From: a virus
Lineage: Duplodnaviria > Caudoviricetes
Length of the DNA: 44,776 bases
Reading direction: 5' to 3' (one strand)
Virus record (IMG/VR): IMGVR_UViG_3300036861_000738
The notes under the pieces were generated by a model. The model worked only from the letters and a program-made list of their open reading frames with translations, did not search any database and had not been told where the DNA came from. A program made the position numbers and the translations under genes. Every line of letters begins with the position of its first letter. Position 1 is the stretch's first letter. Shown piece by piece: positions 9,502 through 18,473 of this stretch.

Positions 9502-9909
9502 TTGGCTAAAGAATCCGGATTGGGCTGGACGACGCTCTCCGTCGACGACTCGGGCGGCAGCGTCCAGGCCATCAAGAACGACGTGACCAACTTCGAGTTC
9601 GCCACCCCGCGGGAAGAGCAGGACGTCACCGGGGTCGACAAGAGCGCGGTGGAGCGGCTGCTGCTCCTGGCCGACTTCTCCATCCAGCTCAACGGCGTCT
9701 TCAACGACGCCGCCGGCGCCTCCCACGCGGTGTTCAAGACCGTCCCGTCGACCTCAGTGGCGCGCACGACCTCGCTGGCGATCTCCGGGCAGACCCTCAA
9801 CAACGAGGTGCTCTACACCGACTACCAGATGACCCGCAGCGAAAAGGGCGAACTCACCTGGCAGGCGCCTGGGGCGCTGGCCGATGGCGCCGTCCCAACC
9901 TGGTCATAA
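9502..9909 (+). CDS. Major tail (tube) protein
   Basis: 135 aa, acidic and beta-rich, directly upstream of the tail assembly chaperone; C-terminal DGAVPTW. Confidence 0.65.
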   Translation: MAKESGLGWTTLSVDDSGGSVQAIKNDVTNFEFATPREEQDVTGVDKSAVERLLLLADFSIQLNGVFNDAAGASHAVFKTVPSTSVARTTSLAISGQTLNNEVLYTDYQMTRSEKGELTWQAPGALADGAVPTWS

Positions 9910-9918
9910 AGGACGAGC

Positions 9919-10338
9919 ATGGGCTACCGGCCGAAGCGGAAGGTCTACCGGCTGACCTTCGAGGACGAGGACATGGGCGGCCTGGTCGTCCGTGCCCACT
10001 CGACCTCGCTGGGTGGCCTGCTCGCCGCCCTGGGGATCCTGACGATCGACACCGACGACCTCAGCGCGGAGGACCTCGCCAAGCTCGGAGAGCTGTTCCG
10101 CACCTTCGCCGCTGCGCTGGTCGAGTGGAACGTCGAGGACGAGGCGGGCCAGCCGGTCCCGGCGACCTTCGAGGGCCTCGCGTCGCAGGACGCCGACTTC
10201 GTCCTGGTCATCGTCCGGGCCTGGGCAGAGGCCATCTCCGGTGTGCCGGCCCCTTTAGGGCCGCCCTCACCCGATGGCAGGCCGTCCCCGGCGCCGTCGA
10301 TCCCGATGGAGGCGTTGTCACAGAACCAGGCGAGCTGA
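9919..10338 (+). CDS. Tail assembly chaperone (gpG-like)
   Basis: Between the tail tube and tape measure genes; LVEWNVEDE.GQPVP motif. Confidence 0.8.
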   Translation: MGYRPKRKVYRLTFEDEDMGGLVVRAHSTSLGGLLAALGILTIDTDDLSAEDLAKLGELFRTFAAALVEWNVEDEAGQPVPATFEGLASQDADFVLVIVRAWAEAISGVPAPLGPPSPDGRPSPAPSIPMEALSQNQAS

Positions 10339-10490
10339 GCCAAGCGCGATTCATCCTCGGGCTGTGCGAGCGGTTCGGCAAGCTGCCCAGCGAGGTGCTA
10401 GCCGAGGATGCCGAGCTGCTCCGGCTGCTCAGGATCGAGGACCTCGGCAGGCCCGACGTGGATCCGGAGCTGATGGCCGAGGGGAGGTGA
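10251..10490 (+). other. Programmed -1 frameshift (C CCT TTA, 10251-10257) giving a gpGT-like extension
   Basis: In-frame XXXYYYZ heptamer; the -1 frame is open to 10490 (LCERFGKLPSEVLAEDAELLRLL) and ends just before the tape measure gene. Confidence 0.8.
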
Positions 10491-10493
10491 GCG

Positions 10494-12122
10494 GTGGCGA
10501 GCAGGGGATCCGGGAACGAAGTCGAGATCGTCGTGAAGACGAAGGACGAGACCAAGGGCACGGGGCAGCGAATCAAGCGGGAGCTCATCCGCCAGGGCGG
10601 CGAGGCCGGCAAGGGCTACGGCCGGTCGTTCGGCACCGGGCTGAAAGGCAGCCTCTCCGGCGCGGTCGGGGTCGCCAAGGTCCTCGGCAAGGGGCTGCTG
10701 CTCGCCGGCGGCGGCGTCGCCGCGCTCGCCGCCGGCGCGGTCATCGCCGGCCCGAAGCTGGCCAGCATGTCGGCACGGCTCAAGGACCTCGACGCCAAGG
10801 CCCAGGCCGTCTTCGTCGGTGAGCTCCCCAAGGTCCGCCGCTGGGCGGAGGCGAACAAGCGCGCTCTGGGCCTCTCCAGCCGGGAGACCGTCGGCCTGGC
10901 CGCCAACCTGGCCGACCTGCTCAAGCCAATCGGCTTCACCGCCCGCGAAGCCACCAACATGAGCCTCAGGTTCCTCGACCTGGCCGGAGCGCTCAGCAAG
11001 TGGTCCGGCGGCACCCGCTCGGCCGCCGAGGTCTCCGACATCCTCGCCGCCGCGGTTCTTGGCGAGCGCGAGCAGCTCAAGGAGCTCGGCATCGCGATCT
11101 CCGAGGCCGACGTGCAGGCGCGGCTGGCCGCCAAGGGTCAGCAGGACCTGACCGGCGCGGCGCTGCAGCAGGCCGAGGCCGTCGCCACCCAGGAGCTGAT
11201 CTACGCGAAGTCGACCGACGCGCAGAAGGCGTGGGCCGAGGGCGGCCGCCAGGCGGCCATCGCGCAGAAGTCCCTGTCCTCGACCATCGCCGAGCTCAAG
11301 GAGAAGCTCGTCACCGCGCTCACGCCGGCCATCCAGACCGCGACCGCATGGCTGGGCAGGAACCTGCCCGTCGTGCTGCAGGCCGCGACCACCTGGTGGG
11401 ACAAGAACAAGACCAGCGTGCAGACGCTCGCCGACGCGCTCACCGTGCTGTTCGTCCCGGCCGCCGGTAGCGCCTCGAAGTCGACCGACGGGGTGACCAG
11501 CTCACTCAAGCGGCTGCAGAACCTCTTCTCCGGCGTGATGGTCGTGATCCTGCGGATCGTCCAGGGGTTCCTGCTGGTGGCGCTGGCAGCCGGGAACGTC
11601 CGCAAGTGGATCCTGAACCTCGGCATCGCCGCCGGCATGCTGATCAACGCGATCGACCGGCTCTCGGGCGGCTCGGGCCACGCGGCCGACGGCATGGTCC
11701 GCGACTTCCGCAGGATGCGGGACGAGGGCGAATCGCAACTCGCCCGGATCCGCGAGCAGATCCGCGCCACCCAGCGGGAGATCGACCGGCTGCACGGCAA
11801 GACCGTCGACATCCGCATCCGCGTCCGCGGCGCGGGCGGCGGAACCAAGACGATGCTGCCCGGCTACCAGCACGGCACCGCGAGCGCGCCGGGCGGCACT
11901 GCCATCGTCGGGGAGCGCGGCCCCGAGCTGGTCGACCTGCCCCGCGGCGCCCGGGTCACACCGATGCACCGCATGGCCGGCGGCGGCGGCACGATCATCA
12001 ATATGACCGTGAATGTGGCGCCGACTGCGCACCCGGCCGAGGTCGGCAGCGAGATCGTCCAGGCGATCCGGGCCTATGAGCGGCGCAACTCGAACACCTG
12101 GCGGACGGGGCCGCGCGGATGA
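10494..12122 (+). CDS. Tape measure protein
   Basis: 542 aa, Ala-rich helical; GEREQLKELGI and C-terminal GT..APGG.AIVGERGPELV.LPRG motifs. Confidence 0.9.
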   Translation: MASRGSGNEVEIVVKTKDETKGTGQRIKRELIRQGGEAGKGYGRSFGTGLKGSLSGAVGVAKVLGKGLLLAGGGVAALAAGAVIAGPKLASMSARLKDLDAKAQAVFVGELPKVRRWAEANKRALGLSSRETVGLAANLADLLKPIGFTAREATNMSLRFLDLAGALSKWSGGTRSAAEVSDILAAAVLGEREQLKELGIAISEADVQARLAAKGQQDLTGAALQQAEAVATQELIYAKSTDAQKAWAEGGRQAAIAQKSLSSTIAELKEKLVTALTPAIQTATAWLGRNLPVVLQAATTWWDKNKTSVQTLADALTVLFVPAAGSASKSTDGVTSSLKRLQNLFSGVMVVILRIVQGFLLVALAAGNVRKWILNLGIAAGMLINAIDRLSGGSGHAADGMVRDFRRMRDEGESQLARIREQIRATQREIDRLHGKTVDIRIRVRGAGGGTKTMLPGYQHGTASAPGGTAIVGERGPELVDLPRGARVTPMHRMAGGGGTIINMTVNVAPTAHPAEVGSEIVQAIRAYERRNSNTWRTGPRG

Positions 12123-13390
12123 CCGTCCCCACCGTGCGGCTGGAGGTGGCGTTCACCGCTGATGCGAGCCTCGGCGACCTGCTCCACCTTGACGATGCGA
12201 CGCGCGGCAAGCTCGATACGGGCACGCTGTCAGGCGGCGCCGAGTTCTTGACCATCCCCGCGAACGACCTGCGGTCATTCACCACTAAGCGGGGCGCGAC
12301 CCGGGTGGAAAGCCCGGTCATCCGCTATGAGGCCGGCACCTTGTCAGCGGTGCTCAAGGATGCGAGCCGCAACTACGATCCGGACAACCTCGCGGGGCCG
12401 TACGTCTCGGCCGGGATTACGCAGGTGACGCCGGGCCGGGCGGTGCGGGTCATCGCCGAGCATGCCAGCATCGCCTACGACCTGTGGCGGGGGTCGGCGG
12501 ACAACTGGGAACACGACTATTTCCCGCCGAGCTATGCCGAGGTGACGCTGACCGCAACGGACGGGTTCGGCGTGCTCGGCCAGGCCGACCGTACCGCGGT
12601 CGGGGCGGCGGGGGCCAACGAGGACACCGGGGCGCGCATCTCGCGGATTCTCGACTCGGCCGCCTGGCCCGCCTTGGACCGGGACATCGCCACGGGCGAC
12701 AGCCTGCTAGCGGCGACGACGCTGGAGGGCAACGCGCTCAGCGAGCTGTATGCCGCCGCTGATGCCGAGGTCGGCGAGTTGTACATGGACCCGCAGGGCC
12801 GCGTCTACTTCCGCAACCGGCTGGCCCTGCTCACCGATGCCCGCTCGAACACGGTACAGGCGACCTTCTCGGCCCCGGTCGGCGCTGATCTGCCCTTTCA
12901 GGTGGCACCGCCCGCCTACGACCGTGAGCAGCTCGCTAATACCGCCATCATCGCCCGCGACGGCGGCGCCGAGCAGACCTCGACGGACACCACCTCGAAG
13001 AACACGTATGGGCCGGCGACGTTCCGCCGCACCGACCTGCCGTTGCCGGATGACACCGCCGCCCTCGACTACGCCGGCTATATCGTCGCGCTCGGTAAGG
13101 ACCCTGAGCGCCGGTTCGCCGAGCTGGTCCTGTGGCCCGAGAAGGCCCCGGCGACGCTGTATCCGCATGCGCTCGGCCGACGCATCGGCGACCGGATCGC
13201 CATCAGCCTCCAGCCGCCCGGGGGCGGCACGCCGATCACCCGGGAGTGCTTCATCCGCGGCATCACCCACAGCATGCAAGCGGCATGGTGGGAGACCCGC
13301 TGGACGCTGCAATCGGCTACCAGGTACTCGTTCCTGCTGCTCGACCATGCCACCCTCGGCAAACTCGACCAAAACGCCCTGAGCTACTGA
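12119..13390 (+). CDS. Minor tail (tail tip/hub) protein
   Basis: 423 aa right after the tape measure gene; TGARISRILD and GELYMDPQGRVYFRNR motifs. Confidence 0.75.
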   Translation: MTVPTVRLEVAFTADASLGDLLHLDDATRGKLDTGTLSGGAEFLTIPANDLRSFTTKRGATRVESPVIRYEAGTLSAVLKDASRNYDPDNLAGPYVSAGITQVTPGRAVRVIAEHASIAYDLWRGSADNWEHDYFPPSYAEVTLTATDGFGVLGQADRTAVGAAGANEDTGARISRILDSAAWPALDRDIATGDSLLAATTLEGNALSELYAAADAEVGELYMDPQGRVYFRNRLALLTDARSNTVQATFSAPVGADLPFQVAPPAYDREQLANTAIIARDGGAEQTSTDTTSKNTYGPATFRRTDLPLPDDTAALDYAGYIVALGKDPERRFAELVLWPEKAPATLYPHALGRRIGDRIAISLQPPGGGTPITRECFIRGITHSMQAAWWETRWTLQSATRYSFLLLDHATLGKLDQNALSY

Positions 13391-13403
13391 CAGGACAGGT
13401 GAG

Positions 13404-13874
13404 ATGGCCTCATCGCCGAAGGATTTCGCCGCTGGCGCGGTGCTGACCGCCGCACAGATGGACTCGCTGCCGCAAGGCGTCTTCGCGGTCGCCACCGCCA
13501 CCGCCGATGTCGGGCCGACTTCCGGCACAACCGAGCTCGACGTCGTGACCGCGAGCGCGGTGGTGCTGCTCGCCGCCAACCGGCGCCTCAAGCTCACCTT
13601 CGCATGGCGCGGCCTGTCCGGCGCCACCTCGGGCGACGTGTACACCCTCCGCATCAAGGAAGGCGCGACCGTCCTGATGGAGTCGACCCAAGCTCCCAGC
13701 GGCGCCCTCGGTCAACTCGGCGGCACGATGGTCAGGCATCTGCCCAGCCCCACGGCGGCCTCACACACGTACAAGGCCACGATCCAGCGGGCCGCTGGGA
13801 CCGGCACCGTCTCGGTGCAAGGCAACGCGAACTATCCGATCCAGCTGATTGTCGAGGACGGCGGCGAGGCGTAG
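13404..13874 (+). CDS. Minor tail/short fibre-like protein
   Basis: N-terminal FAAGAVLTAAQMD, typical of actinophage tail fibre N-termini. Confidence 0.65.
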   Translation: MASSPKDFAAGAVLTAAQMDSLPQGVFAVATATADVGPTSGTTELDVVTASAVVLLAANRRLKLTFAWRGLSGATSGDVYTLRIKEGATVLMESTQAPSGALGQLGGTMVRHLPSPTAASHTYKATIQRAAGTGTVSVQGNANYPIQLIVEDGGEA

Positions 13875-14022
13875 CGAGCGCGGCCGGTTCCCCGGCCTGG
13901 ACGCTTATGAGTCCCCCGGGCGTGCCCGGCTGTCGGCACCGCCGGCCTGGCTTGACACCGCGTCGCCATCGGCGGATAAGCTCGGTACTTAACCACCGCT
14001 GACCTTGGAGGACACCCCACGC

Positions 14023-14787
14023 ATGGTCTCGCGAGTCCCGCCCCGGCCGACCTCGTACCGGGAGATCGCCGCCGAGGTGCGCGCCGCCATCCTCGCCGGC
14101 GACTACGCCCCCGGCGACCGCCTGCCCTCCCAGCCCGAGCTGGCCCGAAGCTACGGGGTCGCCGACCGCACCGCCCAGCGCGCCGTCGAGGCCCTGCGCG
14201 CCGAGGGCCTGGTCGTCGCCAGCGTCGGCAAGGGCACCTACGTGCGCCCCCGGCCGCAAAAGATCCGCCGGCTGGTCGACGACCTCCTGGAAACCGCGCC
14301 CCGCGCCGGCTTCTACGCCGCCCTTGACCGGTACGGCCTCGAGGCCGAGGTCCACACCACCGTGAGCTGGGCGCGCCCGCCGGCGTGGGCCACCGCCGAG
14401 CTCGGCACCGACCCCGACGCCGAGGTCCTGGTCCGCGACCGGGTGATGGGCGTGGCTGGCCAGCCGCCCTTGCAGCTCGCCACCTCCTACCTGCCCCGCG
14501 ACGTCGCCGAGCAGGTCCCCGCGCTGGCCCAGGAGTCCACCGGGCCGGGCGGGATGCTGGCCCGGCTCCGGGAGGCCGGCTATGAGCTCAGCTTCGAGGT
14601 CGTCGCCAACTCCCGCATGCCCTCGCCCGACGAGGCCGAACGGATGGGCCTGCAGCCCGGCACGCCGCTGGACACCCACCTGCGGCTGACGAAGGCGCAG
14701 GACGACCGGGTGCTCGACTGCATGATGGTGGTCTCGGACTCCTCCCGGGTGGAGTGGGCCTACCGGTTCGGCCCGGAACCGGCGTAG
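14023..14787 (+). CDS. GntR/HutC-family regulator with UTRA domain (KorSA-like)
   Basis: YREIAAEVRAAILAG.Y.PGDRLPSQPELARSYGV...GKGTYV wHTH, then a UTRA-like region; GGAGG RBS. Confidence 0.9.
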   Translation: MVSRVPPRPTSYREIAAEVRAAILAGDYAPGDRLPSQPELARSYGVADRTAQRAVEALRAEGLVVASVGKGTYVRPRPQKIRRLVDDLLETAPRAGFYAALDRYGLEAEVHTTVSWARPPAWATAELGTDPDAEVLVRDRVMGVAGQPPLQLATSYLPRDVAEQVPALAQESTGPGGMLARLREAGYELSFEVVANSRMPSPDEAERMGLQPGTPLDTHLRLTKAQDDRVLDCMMVVSDSSRVEWAYRFGPEPA

Positions 14788-14876
14788 CGGACAGCCTGGC
14801 CGCTTGACCCTTCGGGGGGATCGGTGCTTCCCTGAACCCGACAGGTTCGGTACTGAGGTTCCCAGGGAGGCCACCA

Positions 14877-15632
14877 GTGACCGCCAGCCCCGCCACGCTG
14901 CCCGCGCTCGAGGGCGCGAGCGCGGTCGTCCCGCTGCACGTCCTCGACCCGCTCCGCCGCCGCTTCCTCACCGTCCTCGCCGGCTTCCTCGGTGCCTGCG
15001 TGGTCGGCATCATGGCGCTGGCGTTCGCGGTCTCGTTCCGCAACATCGCCAGCTACGGCAAGCCCTACATGCGCGGCTGGGAGTACGCGCTGCCGTTCTT
15101 CGTCGACGCCTTCATCGCCGTCGCGGCCGGGATCGACCTGTGGTTCGCGCTGTCCCACGACGAGGGCCACACCGAGCGCACCTGGCGCGACTACCGCCGC
15201 GAGTGGGCGCCGAAGTTCTTCTTCGCCGGGATGGTCGGCGTAAGCTTCCTCTTGAACGAGGCCGCCGCCCAGGTGCCGCTCGATGCGCGGCACGCGCCCG
15301 CGCTGATCACCCACGGCCTGGCGCCGTTCGCGCTGCTGGTCACGCACCTGCTGTTCATGACGCTGGTGCGGTCGATCGCCGCCAACCGCAACGCGGCGAT
15401 CCTTGCCGCGCTCGATGGCGTGGATCCTGCAGGGCATTCAGCAGAGCAAGCAAAGCCTCGGGACCTGACCCTGAGGGAGCAGCGGAAGGTGCTCGCCATC
15501 CGGGAGCGGCACCCCAACCTTCCTGCAACCCGAGTTGCCGCGCAGGCCGGCATCGCCTACGACCCCGTCCGGGCGTTCCTGCGCGACCAGCGGCCCACCG
15601 CCGACCCGGTGATGAACGGCAAGGGGGCGTGA
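14877..15632 (+). CDS. Four-TM membrane protein with C-terminal HTH (DUF2637/SpdA-like)
   Basis: LAFAVSF..I, YALPFFVD, VSFLLN, HGLAPFALL..THL pattern, plus an HTH (ATRVAAQAGIAYDPVRAFL). Confidence 0.7.
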   Translation: MTASPATLPALEGASAVVPLHVLDPLRRRFLTVLAGFLGACVVGIMALAFAVSFRNIASYGKPYMRGWEYALPFFVDAFIAVAAGIDLWFALSHDEGHTERTWRDYRREWAPKFFFAGMVGVSFLLNEAAAQVPLDARHAPALITHGLAPFALLVTHLLFMTLVRSIAANRNAAILAALDGVDPAGHSAEQAKPRDLTLREQRKVLAIRERHPNLPATRVAAQAGIAYDPVRAFLRDQRPTADPVMNGKGA

Positions 15633-15633
15633 G

Positions 15634-16233
15634 GTGCGCACCGCCCTGCTGCTCGCTGCGGCCGTCGCCTACGCGGCCACGTTCGCGCTCGTCTGGCCGC
15701 GGCACCGCTCGCGGGTGCGGCTGGTCCGGCGGGTCTACCGGCATGTCGACGAGGTCCTCGGCGCGCGGAAGTACGAGGCCGACCGGGCCGCGACCCTGCG
15801 GCGCCGCTGGTCCTGGATCTCCCGCGACCTCGCCAATGCGCTGTACCCGCCGACGCAGCACGCCGGCGCGGTCGCGCTGCCCCGCTACCACCGCATGCGC
15901 CGCGGCCGCGACCTGCTCGGCCGCCCGAGCGGCTACGTCGACCTCGCGCTCTCCCCGGTGCCGTGGCCGCGGCGGTTCCGCCCCTGGCACGTCCCCGCGC
16001 TCACGCTGCGCTGGACGAGCGAGGCCGGCGTCGCGGTCGGCGGCCACCAGTGGTTCACCCGGCTGGAGAAGCAGGTCGCGCAGGCTCTCGGCCTGGAATG
16101 GTCCGACGAGCTGTTCGAGACCAAGGCGGCGTTCTCCCACGACCGGGTCCGGCTGGTCCTCGCCCGGCCGCGGCCGGTGCCCGACGGCCTGCCGTTCCGG
16201 CCCCAGCCCAAGGAGCCCGCCGATGCCGGCTGA
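15634..16233 (+). CDS. Membrane-anchored basic protein upstream of the FtsK-like ATPase
   Basis: N-terminal hydrophobic helix; overlaps the ATPase start. Confidence 0.65.
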   Translation: MRTALLLAAAVAYAATFALVWPRHRSRVRLVRRVYRHVDEVLGARKYEADRAATLRRRWSWISRDLANALYPPTQHAGAVALPRYHRMRRGRDLLGRPSGYVDLALSPVPWPRRFRPWHVPALTLRWTSEAGVAVGGHQWFTRLEKQVAQALGLEWSDELFETKAAFSHDRVRLVLARPRPVPDGLPFRPQPKEPADAG

Positions 16234-17122
16234 CCAGCGCGCCTTCCTCGGCTGGACGCCACGGCAGGCCAGCCCCACCCTGGTCGCGCCACGCACCGCG
16301 CCCGACGGCGCCGAGGGCCTCGCCGCGGTCTGGCCATACGGGCCCGGCTACGCCCCCCACATGCTGGTCGTCGGCACCACCGGCGGCGGCAAGACCTCGG
16401 CGAAGCGGGTCATCCTCGTCGACCGGGTCACCGCCCCCGGCCGCCGCAAGGTCGTCATCATCGACGGCAAGGGCGGCGGCGACTACACGATGTTCCGCGG
16501 CCAGCCGGCCGTCGCCGAGATCGTCAACGTCAACCCGCTCGCCGACCCCGAGAGCCCCGAGAAGGCCGCCGCGGCGGTCAAGGCGGTGCTCGCCGAGGTC
16601 CGCACGCGCAACGCCGCGACCGAGCGCGCCCAGCGGGAGGCGTGGGCGACCCGCCGCACCCCCGCCTACTCCGCGCCGCCGGAGCTGTGGCTGGTCATCG
16701 ACGAGTGGATGTCGCTGATCTACCAGTGCCGCAAGCTCGACGTCGACCTGGTCGGCGACGCCATCGAGATCGGCCGGGTCGGCCGCTCCACCGACACCCA
16801 CCTGCTGATCGGCACCCAGCGGCCCGACACCAAGTCGGTCGAGGCCGGCCTGCCGGGCGAGCTGAAAGCCCAGCTCGGCGCCCGCGTCGCCGCCGTCGGC
16901 CCGCTCGGGCTGCGCAAGCTCGAGGCGATCATGGCGTTCGACGACGCCGAGGCCCGCCGGCTCGTCCCCCGTGAGCTCGGCGGCTGCCTGCTCATGGTCG
17001 GCGACACCTTCGTCCCCTACGTCACCCCGTACATGCCCAACCCCACCTCAGAGGACCCGTCGATCACCGACGAGCAGCGCGCCCGAGTGTGGGCGCTGCT
17101 GCCAGCCCGGGAGGCCGCGTGA
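16223..17122 (+). CDS. FtsK/SpoIIIE (TraB-like) ATPase, 299 aa
   Basis: PHMLVVGTTGGGKT Walker A, IIDGKGG, LWLVIDE Walker B and GRSTDTHLLIGTQRP signature; AGGAG RBS. Confidence 0.9.
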   Translation: MPADQRAFLGWTPRQASPTLVAPRTAPDGAEGLAAVWPYGPGYAPHMLVVGTTGGGKTSAKRVILVDRVTAPGRRKVVIIDGKGGGDYTMFRGQPAVAEIVNVNPLADPESPEKAAAAVKAVLAEVRTRNAATERAQREAWATRRTPAYSAPPELWLVIDEWMSLIYQCRKLDVDLVGDAIEIGRVGRSTDTHLLIGTQRPDTKSVEAGLPGELKAQLGARVAAVGPLGLRKLEAIMAFDDAEARRLVPRELGGCLLMVGDTFVPYVTPYMPNPTSEDPSITDEQRARVWALLPAREAA

Positions 17123-17466
17123 GCACCAGCACCTGGACGCCGCTGCTGGCCGGGCCGCTGCTCCGCCCGGCCCTGGTCGCCCTGCTCGACCAGCTCGAGG
17201 CCGGCGAGACCGACCGGGCCACGATCCGCCGGGCCGTCCTGGCCGCCTCGGCGGTCAAGCCGAAGACGTTCGACACGCTCGTCTACGAGCTCGCACGGTT
17301 CGGCCTGCTGAACCGTTCAGGCACCCGCAACGACGCGCTACAGCTCACCACGCTGGGCCAGGCGTGGCTGGTCGAGCAGGGCGCCTGGCGTGCTTCTGCC
17401 AGGGCCGAAACCAACCCTGTAAGGGTGGTTTCACCGGCGAAAGCCGGCGCTGAGGCGGAGCGGTGA
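17119..17466 (+). CDS. Putative winged-helix protein
   Basis: GTGA-coupled; TFDTLVYELARFGLL...LQLTTLGQAWL resembles a wHTH recognition helix and wing. Confidence 0.55.
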   Translation: MSTSTWTPLLAGPLLRPALVALLDQLEAGETDRATIRRAVLAASAVKPKTFDTLVYELARFGLLNRSGTRNDALQLTTLGQAWLVEQGAWRASARAETNPVRVVSPAKAGAEAER

Positions 17467-17942
17467 GCGACCACCGACCGAGACCGCGGGAGCGGTGGCC
17501 CATCGGTGAGACCGAGGTGCCCCTGCCCCACGACTGGGCAGGGCTGTGGCTCCGCTACCGGCTGAGCCGCGAAGGCTACCTGGCCCTCCTGGAGCACCAG
17601 CGGGGCCGCTGCGCAAAGTGCCACCGGCTGCCGTTCGGAGATACCCCGCTGGTGGTCGACCACCGCGAGAGCCGCATCTGGGGGCTGCTGCACGACCGCT
17701 GCAACCGGCCGATCGATGACGAGCTGGTGGCCTACCTGCGTGACCCGCCCGCATTCGGACTCGGCGAGGCGTTCGGCGTCATCCCGCCCGAGGTGGAGCG
17801 GCGGGGCGCCGAGCGACGGCGGCGGAACCGGCTCGCGCAGCGCGACTGGCGCAAGCGCCGCAGCGCCGAGCAGGCCGAGCACCAGGCCGCCGCCGACCGC
17901 GTCGACGGGTATGGGGAGTGGCTGGCGGGGCGGCTGCGGTAG
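17463..17942 (+). CDS. Recombination endonuclease VII-family nuclease
   Basis: YRLSREGYLALLEHQRGRCAKC...LVVDH...WGLLHDRCN. Confidence 0.8.
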   Translation: MSDHRPRPRERWPIGETEVPLPHDWAGLWLRYRLSREGYLALLEHQRGRCAKCHRLPFGDTPLVVDHRESRIWGLLHDRCNRPIDDELVAYLRDPPAFGLGEAFGVIPPEVERRGAERRRRNRLAQRDWRKRRSAEQAEHQAAADRVDGYGEWLAGRLR

Positions 17943-17955
17943 GCCGGCCGGGATC

Positions 17956-17990
17956 GACAGCTTGTCACCTTGGTACTGAGGTACTAAGCT
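17956..17990 (+). promoter_or_regulatory. Promoter TTGTCA-17-TAAGCT carrying both operator motifs
   Basis: -35 at 17962-67, -10 at 17985-90; GACAGCTTGTC at 17956-66; TGGTACTGAGGTACTAA at 17971-87. Confidence 0.75.
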
Positions 17991-18030
17991 AGGCGGTCAG
18001 ACAAGGACCCCTCGCTCCCGGGAGCCCGCG

Positions 18031-18252
18031 ATGGGATGGCGCGACTACTTCACCGACAGCGGCGACGAGCCCGAGGACCGCACGTTCACGTTCACCGGCT
18101 TCTCGACCCCGAAGTTCGAGCAGGCGCTGGCCGATATGCGGCGCCACTTCGGCGACGACGACCCGGACGACCCGCTCGGGGACACCGCCTGGAACGCTTG
18201 GCTTGACGACCGGGGCCGCGACTGGCTGCGGAAGCAGGAGCAGGGAGGCTGA
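18031..18252 (+). CDS. Small acidic hypothetical protein
   Basis: GGGAG RBS; first gene after the promoter. Confidence 0.65.
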   Translation: MGWRDYFTDSGDEPEDRTFTFTGFSTPKFEQALADMRRHFGDDDPDDPLGDTAWNAWLDDRGRDWLRKQEQGG

Positions 18253-18255
18253 CCC

Positions 18256-18468
18256 ATGGCCAAGGGCATCGTGATGTTCCTGCTGGGGTTCGCCTCGACG
18301 ATCCTCGGCCTGATCGTGTTCCTGTTCGTCATGTCGGTCCTGCCGGCCGGGCCGCTGGCCGCAGCCGCCGGCGGCGTCCTCAACGGCCTCGGCTACCTGT
18401 TCGGCGAGGCGCTGCCGGAGATCGGCCGCATTGCCCTGAAGGCCGCCGCGAAGCAGCTCGGGGTCTGA
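18256..18468 (+). CDS. Small membrane protein
   Basis: GGAGG RBS; two hydrophobic segments. Confidence 0.7.
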   Translation: MAKGIVMFLLGFASTILGLIVFLFVMSVLPAGPLAAAAGGVLNGLGYLFGEALPEIGRIALKAAAKQLGV

Positions 18469-18473
18469 GCCCG

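Noticed and set aside
14804-16222. 772-aa version of the FtsK ORF
   Set aside because: The N-terminal 473 aa are Arg/Pro-rich off-frame sequence overlapping two better genes; an RBS supports the start at 16223.
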